Of a stretch of 64,000 nucleotides of DNA, positions 1 to 9,066 are shown piece by piece; the first letter of the stretch is position 1, and every line of letters begins with the position of its first letter. The notes beneath the pieces are model-generated. The model was given only the letters and a program-made list of their open reading frames with translations, did not search any database and was not told where the DNA came from. The translations under genes and the position numbers were made by a program. This DNA is from an uncultured Spirochaetota bacterium (GTDB lineage: Bacteria > Spirochaetota > Brevinematia > Brevinematales > JAOACQ01), in NCBI GenBank assembly GCA_963768055.1, contig CAVYGN010000001.1:992001-1056000 (forward strand). The letters are read 5' to 3'.

Positions 1-838
1 CCCCGATTCCTTTTCAAACCTGGTTGACTATTTTCATGAAAGAAGGATCGAAGTTTATTCAAAAATAAACCTGTTCGTGCAAAAAGAAGGGTTTAACAGG
101 AATTTATGGGACTCCTACGATTTTACCTGGGATAGTTTTACTTTTGGCGATCTATATTATTTTGATATAAATAATGAGAACACAAGAACAAAATTGGGAG
201 AAATAATATATTTTTTGTCATCACTTCCTGTAGATAAATGGGTCATCGATCTCAGGGAGATTCCTGAGAAGCTTATAAAAGGCTACAAAGATTTTTTGGG
301 GGAGAAGGGGGGCGGTAAATTTATCATCCTGGAAGATACTACTAATGATAATGATTTTAGAATGAGTTCGGGAGACTACGATTATATCAGGGAAAATATA
401 TTTATTATCCCTGACCCGCATCTGATGGAAGCTAAAACTTACGGGGGTCATCCGGGGTGGATTCATTTTATCGACAGTGAAAGCCTGTCGGTCAATAATT
501 ACGCCTCTTTGTCGTTCCTGTTGTCCAGGGAGAAAAATGTGGCAGTGCCTGCGGTTTTTGTAAATTCTTACGGGAGCCAGCTTCTGCGTTTCTTTTTAAA
601 TTCTTCGGGCTTCAGCGTCCTGCCGGTTTCCGACGACAAGCTTGTGATCTATAATAATGAGAAAATTGCGGCATTCAATTTTTCTTCTTCATTCTCTTTC
701 TGGAAAACTGAAAATCTGATTAATAAAAGAGGGTTTTATAAAAGCATATTCGGCGGATCGACCTTGACCCTTAAGAGTAATGAAATGGAGTTTTTTATGC
801 TACCGGATTCGGCGGCATACTGGGTAATTACCAATTAA
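1..838 (+). CDS. Hypothetical protein, 5'-truncated by the window edge
   Basis: The frame of ORF 77..838 is open back to position 2 (PDSFSNLVDYFHERRIEVYSKINLF-VQKEG...). No family recognised. Confidence 0.75.
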   Translation, partial: PDSFSNLVDYFHERRIEVYSKINLFVQKEGFNRNLWDSYDFTWDSFTFGDLYYFDINNENTRTKLGEIIYFLSSLPVDKWVIDLREIPEKLIKGYKDFLGEKGGGKFIILEDTTNDNDFRMSSGDYDYIRENIFIIPDPHLMEAKTYGGHPGWIHFIDSESLSVNNYASLSFLLSREKNVAVPAVFVNSYGSQLLRFFLNSSGFSVLPVSDDKLVIYNNEKIAAFNFSSSFSFWKTENLINKRGFYKSIFGGSTLTLKSNEMEFFMLPDSAAYWVITN

Positions 839-861
839 AAAGTTAACCGGGGTTTAATAAA

Positions 862-1683
862 ATGCTAAAAAAAACACTTTTCCTGCTTATATTCTCTGCA
901 CTTTTTTCCTGCTCGCAGTATTACAGGTTCGATGAACTTTATGATAAAGGCGAGTTCCTGAAGGCTTACCGGCTCCTTGACAACATTAACAACAAGAATA
1001 ATATTCATTACCAGAGAAGGTTATTCAGGGTCGTGATCAAGCTGTCCCTCGACGGCGACAGGGATTTCATAGAGATGCTCAGATCGATGACAAAAGGCAC
1101 GCCGTCCGATGATGTAATTTCCTATTTTATATTCGGGTCGGCCTATGTAGATTTTCTTGACGCTAAGGACACCCCCCAATATCAATCCGTTGTTTCCAAT
1201 TTACAGGATTTGCAAAAAGTACCCGGAGAATTCGTAGTTTACGCTTATAAGCTCAGGGGAATTTCCTGCTATAAACTGGGCAGCTATACCGAAGCTATAA
1301 ATGATTTGAACAGCAGCTACAAAATTATGCCTTATATGGACGATCTGTATTTTATAGGAAAATGTTATTACGGCCTTCAGGATTATAAAACTTCTTACGA
1401 TTATTTCAACAGGGTTTCCTCAGGGACCCAAAATCTCTTCTTCAGGGGGCTTGCAAATTTTGAAATGGGTGAAATTGATTTTTATGAAACCAACTATTCG
1501 GAAGCTCTTTCGAAATATGTTGATTCGGTTAATTTTTATTCAAAAAACGCAGTCTGTACGTACAAGATAGCGAAATGCCTTGAAAAGCTGAAATATAATC
1601 GTTTGAGCCCGAAATTTTACAAAACCTCGCTAAGGATAACGAATGATTATGCAAGCGCCTGGTTTTTTCTGAATATAAATTAA
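862..1683 (+). CDS. TPR-repeat lipoprotein
   Basis: Signal peptide with lipobox LFSC. TPR-like helices (RGISCYKLGSYTEAINDL, YFIGKCYYGLQDYKTS). Confidence 0.8.
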   Translation: MLKKTLFLLIFSALFSCSQYYRFDELYDKGEFLKAYRLLDNINNKNNIHYQRRLFRVVIKLSLDGDRDFIEMLRSMTKGTPSDDVISYFIFGSAYVDFLDAKDTPQYQSVVSNLQDLQKVPGEFVVYAYKLRGISCYKLGSYTEAINDLNSSYKIMPYMDDLYFIGKCYYGLQDYKTSYDYFNRVSSGTQNLFFRGLANFEMGEIDFYETNYSEALSKYVDSVNFYSKNAVCTYKIAKCLEKLKYNRLSPKFYKTSLRITNDYASAWFFLNIN

Positions 1684-1792
1684 GGGCGCTTTATCCTGGG
1701 GCCAGGCACCAGGGCCCATAGGGCATGCATTTATAGTTAAATAGCAAGTTGTTAATATAAAGGGCAATTTTCTTGAGTTTTTATGACTGCCC
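1684..1792 (-). mobile_element. MITE-like non-autonomous element, copy A
   Basis: Starts directly after the TAA stop of 862..1683, with GGGC...GCCC ends. Its reverse complement (gggcagtcataaaaactcaagaaaattgccc...tgctatttaa) aligns with 30560-30620, and it shares gccctatgggccctg with 11088-11102. Confidence 0.7.
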
Positions 1793-1809
1793 TTTAACCG
1801 GGGAATAAA

Positions 1810-2814
1810 ATGCAATCGAGAAAGTACAATTACCTCGTAGCGGATGATGAACCGAATATATTGAAGATCATAAGCGATATCCTGACCCTGCACCCGAATA
1901 CACTTTCTGTTTTTACTGCAAAAGACGGTGAAAAAGCCCTGCAGATTTATATGAATAACAATATAGATATCGTTATTACAGATGTACTTATGCCTCGAAT
2001 AAGCGGACTCGACCTGATTAAAAAAATAAGGGAATTAAACCATGATGCGAATATTATCATCGTGTCGGCGTCAAGTAACCTCAATGTCGTACGGGAGGCT
2101 TTGAGAAACGGGGCTTACGACTATATCTTAAAGCCATTTTCTCTCGATGATATTATGTTTTCAGTAAACAGGATAATCGAAAGGTTAAGGCTTCTTGAAG
2201 AAAAAAAGAGTTACCTGGATTCACTCGAACTCGAAATAGGGGAAGTGTCAAAAAAATTAAAATCTTCTTTTCTCGATGCATTAAGGGTTATCATTAACGC
2301 CCTGGAGGTTAAGGATAAAACTATAAAAATCCATTCCCTGAACGTCGCTAAATATTCTATAAAATTGGCGTCTGCCATAGGTTTGAGCGGCGATGTTATG
2401 GATAATATAGAAACAGGATCGTTTCTGCATGATATCGGGAAAATCGGCATTCCTGATAATATTCTAATGAAACCCACCGCATTGACCAAGGAAGAATTCG
2501 AGATCATTAAAAAGCATCCCGTGCTGGGCAGGCAGATAATCGAACCTATGTTTGGAAAAAATGAAGACATAATCAATATAATATATTATCATCATGAAAG
2601 GTACGACGGGGGAGGTTATCCCGAGGGATTACAAGGAGATAAAATACCTCTTGTCGGCAGGATTTCAGCCCTTGTCAACTCATATGACGCGATGATTAGT
2701 GAAAAGCCTTATAGAAAACCTAAAATCAGGGAAGAAGCGGTAATTGAAATAACCAAGAACATGGGAACGCAGTTCGATCCGGATTTATCGAAAGAGTTTA
2801 TAAAACTGATTTGA
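1810..2814 (+). CDS. Response regulator with HD-GYP c-di-GMP phosphodiesterase domain (RpfG-like)
   Basis: REC motifs (VADDEP, ITDVLMPRISG, YILKPF) plus LHDIGK and HHERYDGGGYP. Confidence 0.93.
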   Translation: MQSRKYNYLVADDEPNILKIISDILTLHPNTLSVFTAKDGEKALQIYMNNNIDIVITDVLMPRISGLDLIKKIRELNHDANIIIVSASSNLNVVREALRNGAYDYILKPFSLDDIMFSVNRIIERLRLLEEKKSYLDSLELEIGEVSKKLKSSFLDALRVIINALEVKDKTIKIHSLNVAKYSIKLASAIGLSGDVMDNIETGSFLHDIGKIGIPDNILMKPTALTKEEFEIIKKHPVLGRQIIEPMFGKNEDIINIIYYHHERYDGGGYPEGLQGDKIPLVGRISALVNSYDAMISEKPYRKPKIREEAVIEITKNMGTQFDPDLSKEFIKLI

Positions 2815-2839
2815 CCATCCGATCGCGAAAGAGGGGGGA

Positions 2840-3409
2840 ATGTTTAATAAATATTTCAATATTCTGATTTTCAGCGTTTTGATCCTCACAGTTTCCTGTT
2901 CTGAAAACAAGAAAAATGCTCCCGAAATCAATTCATTCAAGTCCTCAATTCTGCTTTTCGGGGTTGGTTACGACGAGGACAGGGCCCAGACCGATCTTAA
3001 CTCGGTTTTTTACGCTTTCAGACAGGGAGTCATTTACCGGTTTTCCGGGGACATACTCACACTCAGCCTGGATTATTCGAACAAAACAACCAGGGTATCC
3101 GTAGAAGACCTTACCTATGCAAGATTGGTAAAGCCCATTGATAATTTTTATATTTATGAATTGCCGTATTCCGGTACGGTCAATATCCGCGGCGGATCGG
3201 AAAAAAGAATATCGACGTCTCTTACCCTGAAAAAACCTTTCAGCTACCTGATGAGAATGCTTACAATAGCGGTGATGGAGGAATTGGGGAAAACTCATAA
3301 AAAAGATGAAAAAGGATATATATATCTGGTTTCCCTTAATTATGGCCCAACGTCCGATAAATCTTTAGTAATTTCAGCGGATCTTCTATTGACCAAGGAA
3401 GATCAATGA
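2840..3409 (+). CDS. Hypothetical lipoprotein
   Basis: RBS gaggggg. Signal peptide ending TVSC. Confidence 0.7.
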   Translation: MFNKYFNILIFSVLILTVSCSENKKNAPEINSFKSSILLFGVGYDEDRAQTDLNSVFYAFRQGVIYRFSGDILTLSLDYSNKTTRVSVEDLTYARLVKPIDNFYIYELPYSGTVNIRGGSEKRISTSLTLKKPFSYLMRMLTIAVMEELGKTHKKDEKGYIYLVSLNYGPTSDKSLVISADLLLTKEDQ

Positions 3410-4587
3410 AAATTATGGGAGTAGAAATGCAGAAGAGAATTGCAGTATTCCTGATTCTATCTTTTATTGTTACGGGTTGTTCCCAGGAACATCTGATTTT
3501 TTTAAAGAATCTCCGGAATATAAAATTATTAACCCTTCAGGATATTCTGGAAGAAAGCGGTTTATCCAATAAAAAAAACAGGGAAGAGAGAATAACAAAC
3601 CAGACCGGGAACGAAACAGTCAATGAAAATATCGTTAAAAACAATGTTGAATCTTTTAACAAAGAGCTTGTTTTGCCGTCGGATAAAGATTTTTCGATAG
3701 GTATAAAGCTTTCCAACGACTTTGTGGTATTGAAATCCATCCAGGGAGACGCGGTTTACATAAAAGATTCTTCCAGGCAGGAAAAGGGGCTTTTCCTGTT
3801 CCATAGCGGAAGGAAAGATTCAAAGATAAGGTTTCAGGACTTTGATATAAATGGCACACTCATAAAAAACCTAAATTATTTCGTGAAAATACAATCAGTT
3901 CCGGAGGAAACCCGGAAGCCGGTAAAAACCGTTTTCTCTTCATCAAGCTCCAGCAATTTAACGGAAACTAACGCAGTAGTTTCATCATCCGGAAATACCG
4001 ATATTTCTTCAGCCATAATAGCTTCAATACAGGGACTCTCGACGACTGAAGCACTCCATGAACTATCAAAAATACTGGCATCGCCGGATATACAGGACGA
4101 TGAAAAGGAGGTTATCCGCTATAAGATGACTGAGATCCTGATATCCCAGAAGAGTTACGGCCAGGCTGAAACACAGATAAATAATATGCAGAACCAGTAT
4201 AAAAAATCGTATTATACCGGAAAGCTTCTGATGGACAGGAAAAATTTCAAAGAAGCGCTCCGGCATTATCTCAACGCGCTTGGAGGAGACGACGATACAA
4301 GAAAGAATTCAGTCCTCGATCTTGAAAAACTTATTCTTTCGATAGGCGCGGCTGAGAAAAGCCTGATCGATAGATTGAAAGTCGAAACCGGCAAGTATAA
4401 AAGCGATAAAAGCTTTTATGTAGCCTCTATGCTCGGGATCGCGAAGATATATCAGTCTCTCCCCGATATTTATTCCGCCAAGGATATTTATGAATCTATT
4501 TTAAACGGGGATTACAGTCAGGACCAAAAAGATAAAGCGAAGAATTCTTATGAAGAGCTGAAAAAAGATTTTCTTGAATACCATTAA
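3406..4587 (+). CDS. Hypothetical lipoprotein with C-terminal TPR-like helices
   Basis: Overlaps the previous gene by ATGA. Lipobox VTGC, Ser-rich linker, YYTGKLLMDRKNFKEALRHY. Confidence 0.7.
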   Translation: MKIMGVEMQKRIAVFLILSFIVTGCSQEHLIFLKNLRNIKLLTLQDILEESGLSNKKNREERITNQTGNETVNENIVKNNVESFNKELVLPSDKDFSIGIKLSNDFVVLKSIQGDAVYIKDSSRQEKGLFLFHSGRKDSKIRFQDFDINGTLIKNLNYFVKIQSVPEETRKPVKTVFSSSSSSNLTETNAVVSSSGNTDISSAIIASIQGLSTTEALHELSKILASPDIQDDEKEVIRYKMTEILISQKSYGQAETQINNMQNQYKKSYYTGKLLMDRKNFKEALRHYLNALGGDDDTRKNSVLDLEKLILSIGAAEKSLIDRLKVETGKYKSDKSFYVASMLGIAKIYQSLPDIYSAKDIYESILNGDYSQDQKDKAKNSYEELKKDFLEYH

Positions 4588-4605
4588 TTTTAAAAGGACC
4601 AATAA

Positions 4606-5646
4606 ATGCCGTTTATAAAGGGGATCGAAGGTTTTCTTCAGAAACCCGGCCCCGGCTTTCTCCCGGTCATCGAACAGATGAATCAATTCGGTATAATCGG
4701 CCAGTCGAAAAGCATTGTACAGGCTTATACAAAAGCCCAGAAGGCAGCGCAATCCAACGCGAATATTTTAATCGAGGGGGAAAGCGGTACGGGAAAAGAG
4801 ATCTTTTCCCAGGCCATCCATTATATAGGAAAAAGGGAAAGCGGCCCGTTCGTAAAACTCAACTGCGCTGAAATACCCGAAACCCTCCTTGAAAGCGAAC
4901 TGTTCGGATATGAAAAAGGGGCCTTTACCGGGGCCGGAAAAAGAAAAATAGGCAAGTTTGAACTTGCAAACAACGGCACCATCTTTCTTGACGAAATAAG
5001 CGAAATGTCCCTGTCCCTGCAGTCGAAAATGCTCAGGGTTATTGAAGATAAAACCATTACAAGGGTCGGGGGCCTTGAGAATATACCTATAAACGTACGC
5101 ATTCTTTCTGCAACGAACAGGGATTTATGGCAGCATGTAAGTAAAAAGCAGTTCAGGGAAGACCTGTACTATCGCTTAAACGTTATATATTTCAAAATTC
5201 CGCCCCTGCGGGAGAGAAGGGAGGACATACCCCTGCTGATCGATTACTTTATAAAATTGTATATGAAAAGTGAAAACGTTCTTATCAGGACAGTCGATGA
5301 GGAAGTAATAAGGCTCCTAATATCTCTTACCTGGTCCGGAAATGTGAGACAGCTTGAAAACGTCATACATCACGCGATAATAATGACTTATGACGACAGA
5401 ATATCCCTGGAGGATATACCTGAAAATATTTATTCAAGTATACCGGCCGGCGTTATTCATTCGGCAAGCGGGTTTGTAAAAAAAGACGATGTTATCATAA
5501 CGGATATCGACCTGAATGAAATGGAGAAAACTCAGATACTTAAAGCGCTCGAGCAATCGCGCTGGCGGATCTCGGAAGCCTCTGAAATCCTTGGAATTCA
5601 CAGGAACACCCTGCGACAAAAGATCAAAAAACATAATTTAAGATAA
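4606..5646 (+). CDS. Sigma-54-dependent transcriptional activator (AAA+ and Fis HTH, no regulatory domain)
   Basis: GESGTGKE, ESELFGYEKGAFTGA, IFLDEI, FREDLYYRL, WSGNVRQL, ASEILGIHRNTL. Confidence 0.93.
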   Translation: MPFIKGIEGFLQKPGPGFLPVIEQMNQFGIIGQSKSIVQAYTKAQKAAQSNANILIEGESGTGKEIFSQAIHYIGKRESGPFVKLNCAEIPETLLESELFGYEKGAFTGAGKRKIGKFELANNGTIFLDEISEMSLSLQSKMLRVIEDKTITRVGGLENIPINVRILSATNRDLWQHVSKKQFREDLYYRLNVIYFKIPPLRERREDIPLLIDYFIKLYMKSENVLIRTVDEEVIRLLISLTWSGNVRQLENVIHHAIIMTYDDRISLEDIPENIYSSIPAGVIHSASGFVKKDDVIITDIDLNEMEKTQILKALEQSRWRISEASEILGIHRNTLRQKIKKHNLR

Positions 5647-5654
5647 AATCGCCT

Positions 5655-6521
5655 CTATGCCTTGACCGAGCCTGCCAGAAGGCCCCGGATAAAAAACTTG
5701 CCAAGTACGATATAAACTATAAGTGTAGGAAGCGCAGCCATAAGCGCGCCGGCCATCTGGACGTTCCATTCCACTATCTGGCTTCCTGCCAGGTTCTGGA
5801 GGGCGACAGTTATGGGCTGCATGCTCGGATTAGTCGTTATCGAAACTGCGAAAAGGAATTCATTCCAGATATTCGTGAACTGCCAGATTATCACAACTAC
5901 GAAACCCGGTGCGGATATAGGCAGGAGGATCCTGAAAAAAGTCCCGTAAATGCCGCAGCCGTCTATCTGGCTTGCCTCGATTAGTTCGTCAGGCACTTCG
6001 GCGAAATAATTCCTGAATATGAGCGTAGTTATGGGAAGCCCGTAAATGATATGGGTAAGGATCAGCCCGTACAGGGTCCCGTAAAGGTGTATAACGCTCA
6101 AAAACTGGACAAGCGGGATTAATATGCTCTGGTACGGTATGAACATACCGAACAGTATCAACGGGAAGATTATTGCGGAACCCTTGAATTTCCACTTGGA
6201 AAGCAGGAACCCGTTGACAGAGCCTATAAAAGCGGAAATAAGCGTGGCCGGTATGGTTAAATAAAAACTGTTCAGCAGGTTGGGGTAGAGCTTTTCTATA
6301 GCTAATAGAAATGACCCGAAATTAAGCGATCCTGGAAGAGACCACATTGTCGAAAGGTTGATGTCCTCGAAGCTTTTAAGGGCGGTGATAAGGAGCAGGT
6401 ATATAGGCAGCAGGAAAAAAGCCGAAGCGCATAAGAGGACTAAATACAGGATAACCCTGCCGAAGATCCCCCTTGTTTTATAAAGATCGGGAAGTTTTAT
6501 TTTTTTAGGAAGAATCATCAT
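5655..6521 (-). CDS. Carbohydrate ABC transporter permease (GtsC/MalG-like)
   Basis: EAA loop ELIEASQIDGC. FTNIWNEFLF. Several TM helices. Confidence 0.92.
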   Translation of the reverse strand: MMILPKKIKLPDLYKTRGIFGRVILYLVLLCASAFFLLPIYLLLITALKSFEDINLSTMWSLPGSLNFGSFLLAIEKLYPNLLNSFYLTIPATLISAFIGSVNGFLLSKWKFKGSAIIFPLILFGMFIPYQSILIPLVQFLSVIHLYGTLYGLILTHIIYGLPITTLIFRNYFAEVPDELIEASQIDGCGIYGTFFRILLPISAPGFVVVIIWQFTNIWNEFLFAVSITTNPSMQPITVALQNLAGSQIVEWNVQMAGALMAALPTLIVYIVLGKFFIRGLLAGSVKA

Positions 6522-7429
6522 TTCTTCTCCCTTTTCAGACTGTTTAAAAGATAAGGGATAATTATCACTGCGACTAGAATAAACATTACTACTGAAATTG
6601 CGGCTCCCTCTCCATAGCGGTTGCCCATGAATGTTTTCTCGAACATGTTAATGCCGGGGAAATCGGTGGCGAAACCCGGTCCCGAACCCGTCATCGTATA
6701 TACCAGGTCGAATATCTTGAGGGAAATATGCCCCAGGATTATTAAAACGCTGAGCGTAATAGGGCTGAGCATGGGCAGGATAACAAAACGGTACATCTTG
6801 AATTCGGATGCTCCGTCCATCCTCGCAGCCTCTTTTATCTCAAGGGGTATGCCTGTCAAACCCGCCAGGTACATGGCCATAGTATAGCCCGTCAGCTGCC
6901 ATCCGGCGGCTATGATAACCGGTATAAGGGCCACATGAAAATGCAGGAATTGCGCCGGCTGGGTAAACCAGCCCCATTCAAGTTTTGAAAGGCCGATATT
7001 TGACAGCAATAGATTTATACCGGTAGGACTGCCGGCCATGCCTGGGTTGAAGATCCATCTCCAGACAACCCCGGTGACGACAAATGATACCGCCATAGGG
7101 AACAGGAAGATATTTCTGAAAATATCGCCGCCCTTAAGCTTCCTGTCAAGTAAGATAGCCAGAAGGAGGCCGCCCCCTACACATATGCATAGGAATAAAA
7201 TCGTGAAGAACAAGGTGTTCCAGAGATCTATCTGGAACCTTTCGCTTTTGAATATTTCAGCATAATTTGAAAACCAGGTGAAAGTAAAATTGGGCATGAC
7301 CCCGACCCATGCCGAAAAGGATACCCGCAGGGTCCACAGTATGAAACCGTAAACAAAGATCAGCAACGCTATAATTGTAGGAAGCAGCGATAATAAAGCC
7401 GCTGTAAATTCCTTTTTTGAACGGAACAT
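6518..7429 (-). CDS. Carbohydrate ABC transporter permease (GtsB/MalF-like)
   Basis: EAARMDGAS, SLKIFDLVYTMTG, TM helices. Confidence 0.92.
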   Translation of the reverse strand: MFRSKKEFTAALLSLLPTIIALLIFVYGFILWTLRVSFSAWVGVMPNFTFTWFSNYAEIFKSERFQIDLWNTLFFTILFLCICVGGGLLLAILLDRKLKGGDIFRNIFLFPMAVSFVVTGVVWRWIFNPGMAGSPTGINLLLSNIGLSKLEWGWFTQPAQFLHFHVALIPVIIAAGWQLTGYTMAMYLAGLTGIPLEIKEAARMDGASEFKMYRFVILPMLSPITLSVLIILGHISLKIFDLVYTMTGSGPGFATDFPGINMFEKTFMGNRYGEGAAISVVMFILVAVIIIPYLLNSLKREKK

Positions 7430-7447
7430 ATTCCTCTAAAATAACGA

Positions 7448-7472
7448 CCCCGCCCCTTTAAAAAGGGCGGGG
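7448..7472 (-). terminator. GC-rich stem-loop between the binding-protein and permease genes (partial terminator or mRNA stabiliser)
   Basis: ccccgccc-cttta-aaaa-gggcgggg hairpin about 27 nt downstream of the SBP stop. Confidence 0.65.
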
Positions 7473-7499
7473 CTGATTTGAATTTAAATTACTTCTTTT

Positions 7500-8780
7500 T
7501 CATTTTGTAGACGGTTCGGTTTTTGCCGAAACCACTAATTTTTTAGCGGCATCGACTAAACCTGCGTCGGCCTTATCGACGTCTTTATCGGTGACTAAAA
7601 ATTTCAAAATATCAGTGATTGAAGATAACCAGTTCGGAGCCGCCGCCGCTCCATGAGCGAGGCTGGGTACTATGTTGTTTTTGGAAAAATCATCCATTGC
7701 GGACTGGAGATAAGGGTCGTAAAGGCTCTTGTCCCCGTCGATTCTGCTGGGTATGGACCCTTTTTTCGGATTGAAAGCGTCCTGGCCCTCTTTCGAAGCA
7801 CATAACTGCAGCCATTTAACAGCATTGTCCCTGTGTGGGGCTCCGATCGGCAGCCCAAAGGTATCGGAAAGCATATCGAACGAACCCTTTGTTCCGGGCG
7901 AAGGTGCCCAACCGAATTCCACATCGGGAGTCAAATTCTTCGACTTAAAATAACCTTCAGCCCAGTCCCCCATGATAGTCATGGCGCACTTGCCGTCGAT
8001 TACGAGTTGAGCGGCCTGGTCCCAGGTCAAAGCGCTATGGTCTTCGTTGGCATAACCGAGGATCTTTACAAAGGTTTTGATTGCGTCTTTAACTCCCGCA
8101 GAATCCCACGCAGTCTTGCCGTTCCATAATCCAATATAACCGTCAGGCCCCAGCTTCGCTAAAAGAACGGTTTCGAAAAGCTGGACGGATGCGAAGAATG
8201 CGTTGTCGCCCAATGCCAGCGGAGTAATGCCCTTCTTTTTCAGCTTATCAGCCATGGTAAAAAACTCATCCCATGAATTGGGCACTTTCAAACCGTTGTC
8301 TTTAAACACTTTTTTGTTGTACCACATGACATTAGCCCTGTGGATATTAACAGGTACGCTGTAGATATGCCCGCCGGACGATATTATATCGATAACGCCC
8401 TTCGGATACGCATCCATAATATTTGAGAAAATAAAATCGATGGGTTCCATTTTACCTGCAGCTACATAACCGTCGATTAATTCGTGACCTGCATGAACCT
8501 GGAAAGAATCCGGAGGATTTCCGCCCTGCATCCTTGTGGCAAGAACGGCATGAGCCTTGTCGCCGGCTCCGCCGGCTACGGTAGCGTTGATGAACTCTAC
8601 CCCGGTATTTTGATTGGAGTAGATTTTGATCATCTCCTGCAGACCTTCAGCCTCACCGCCTGCTGTCCACCAGCTGAAAATTTCGACTTTGTTTCCGGCT
8701 TTACCACAAAATGTAATTGTGGTTAAAAGCATTGCGAGACCTACAAGAAAAGAAATTACATGTAATCCCTTTCTTCTCAT
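7500..8780 (-). CDS. Sugar ABC transporter substrate-binding lipoprotein (glucose/mannose GtsA-like)
   Basis: FSWWTAGGEAEGL, GNPPDSFQVH, PVNIHRANVMWYNK, IMGDWA, AFNPKKGSIP. Start moved to ATG 8780, downstream of RBS aggaggg. Lipobox-like TFC. Confidence 0.92.
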   Translation of the reverse strand: MRRKGLHVISFLVGLAMLLTTITFCGKAGNKVEIFSWWTAGGEAEGLQEMIKIYSNQNTGVEFINATVAGGAGDKAHAVLATRMQGGNPPDSFQVHAGHELIDGYVAAGKMEPIDFIFSNIMDAYPKGVIDIISSGGHIYSVPVNIHRANVMWYNKKVFKDNGLKVPNSWDEFFTMADKLKKKGITPLALGDNAFFASVQLFETVLLAKLGPDGYIGLWNGKTAWDSAGVKDAIKTFVKILGYANEDHSALTWDQAAQLVIDGKCAMTIMGDWAEGYFKSKNLTPDVEFGWAPSPGTKGSFDMLSDTFGLPIGAPHRDNAVKWLQLCASKEGQDAFNPKKGSIPSRIDGDKSLYDPYLQSAMDDFSKNNIVPSLAHGAAAAPNWLSSITDILKFLVTDKDVDKADAGLVDAAKKLVVSAKTEPSTK

Positions 8781-8878
8781 AAGCATCCCTCCTATTAAAA
8801 TATATTTTTTCAATAAATTTGATAAGCTGCTATGGAATGATCAGTTTTCAATGATTAATATTACAAACTATGAATTAA

Positions 8879-8907
8879 ATATTAACTATATATCGATAAA
8901 TAGTCAA
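8879..8907 (-). promoter_or_regulatory. Sigma-70-type promoter of the sugar ABC operon
   Basis: TTGACT-N17-TAATAT on the minus strand. Confidence 0.5.
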
Positions 8908-9066
8908 TACTATTTTTATTATTATTGTATTCTGAAATCACAACCCCTCTAAATAGCCCGGCACTTGCTTGGTACTAATAAATATTTTCTACAAGTGCCG
9001 GATAACTGAAAACTAAATCCAACTCCATTGTATTTTAATTCCATGGACACTACAGAAATGTCGCTC

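Noticed and set aside
5655..8780. Sugar ABC operon lacking an ATPase gene
   Set aside because: Common; carbohydrate ABC systems often share an ATPase encoded elsewhere.
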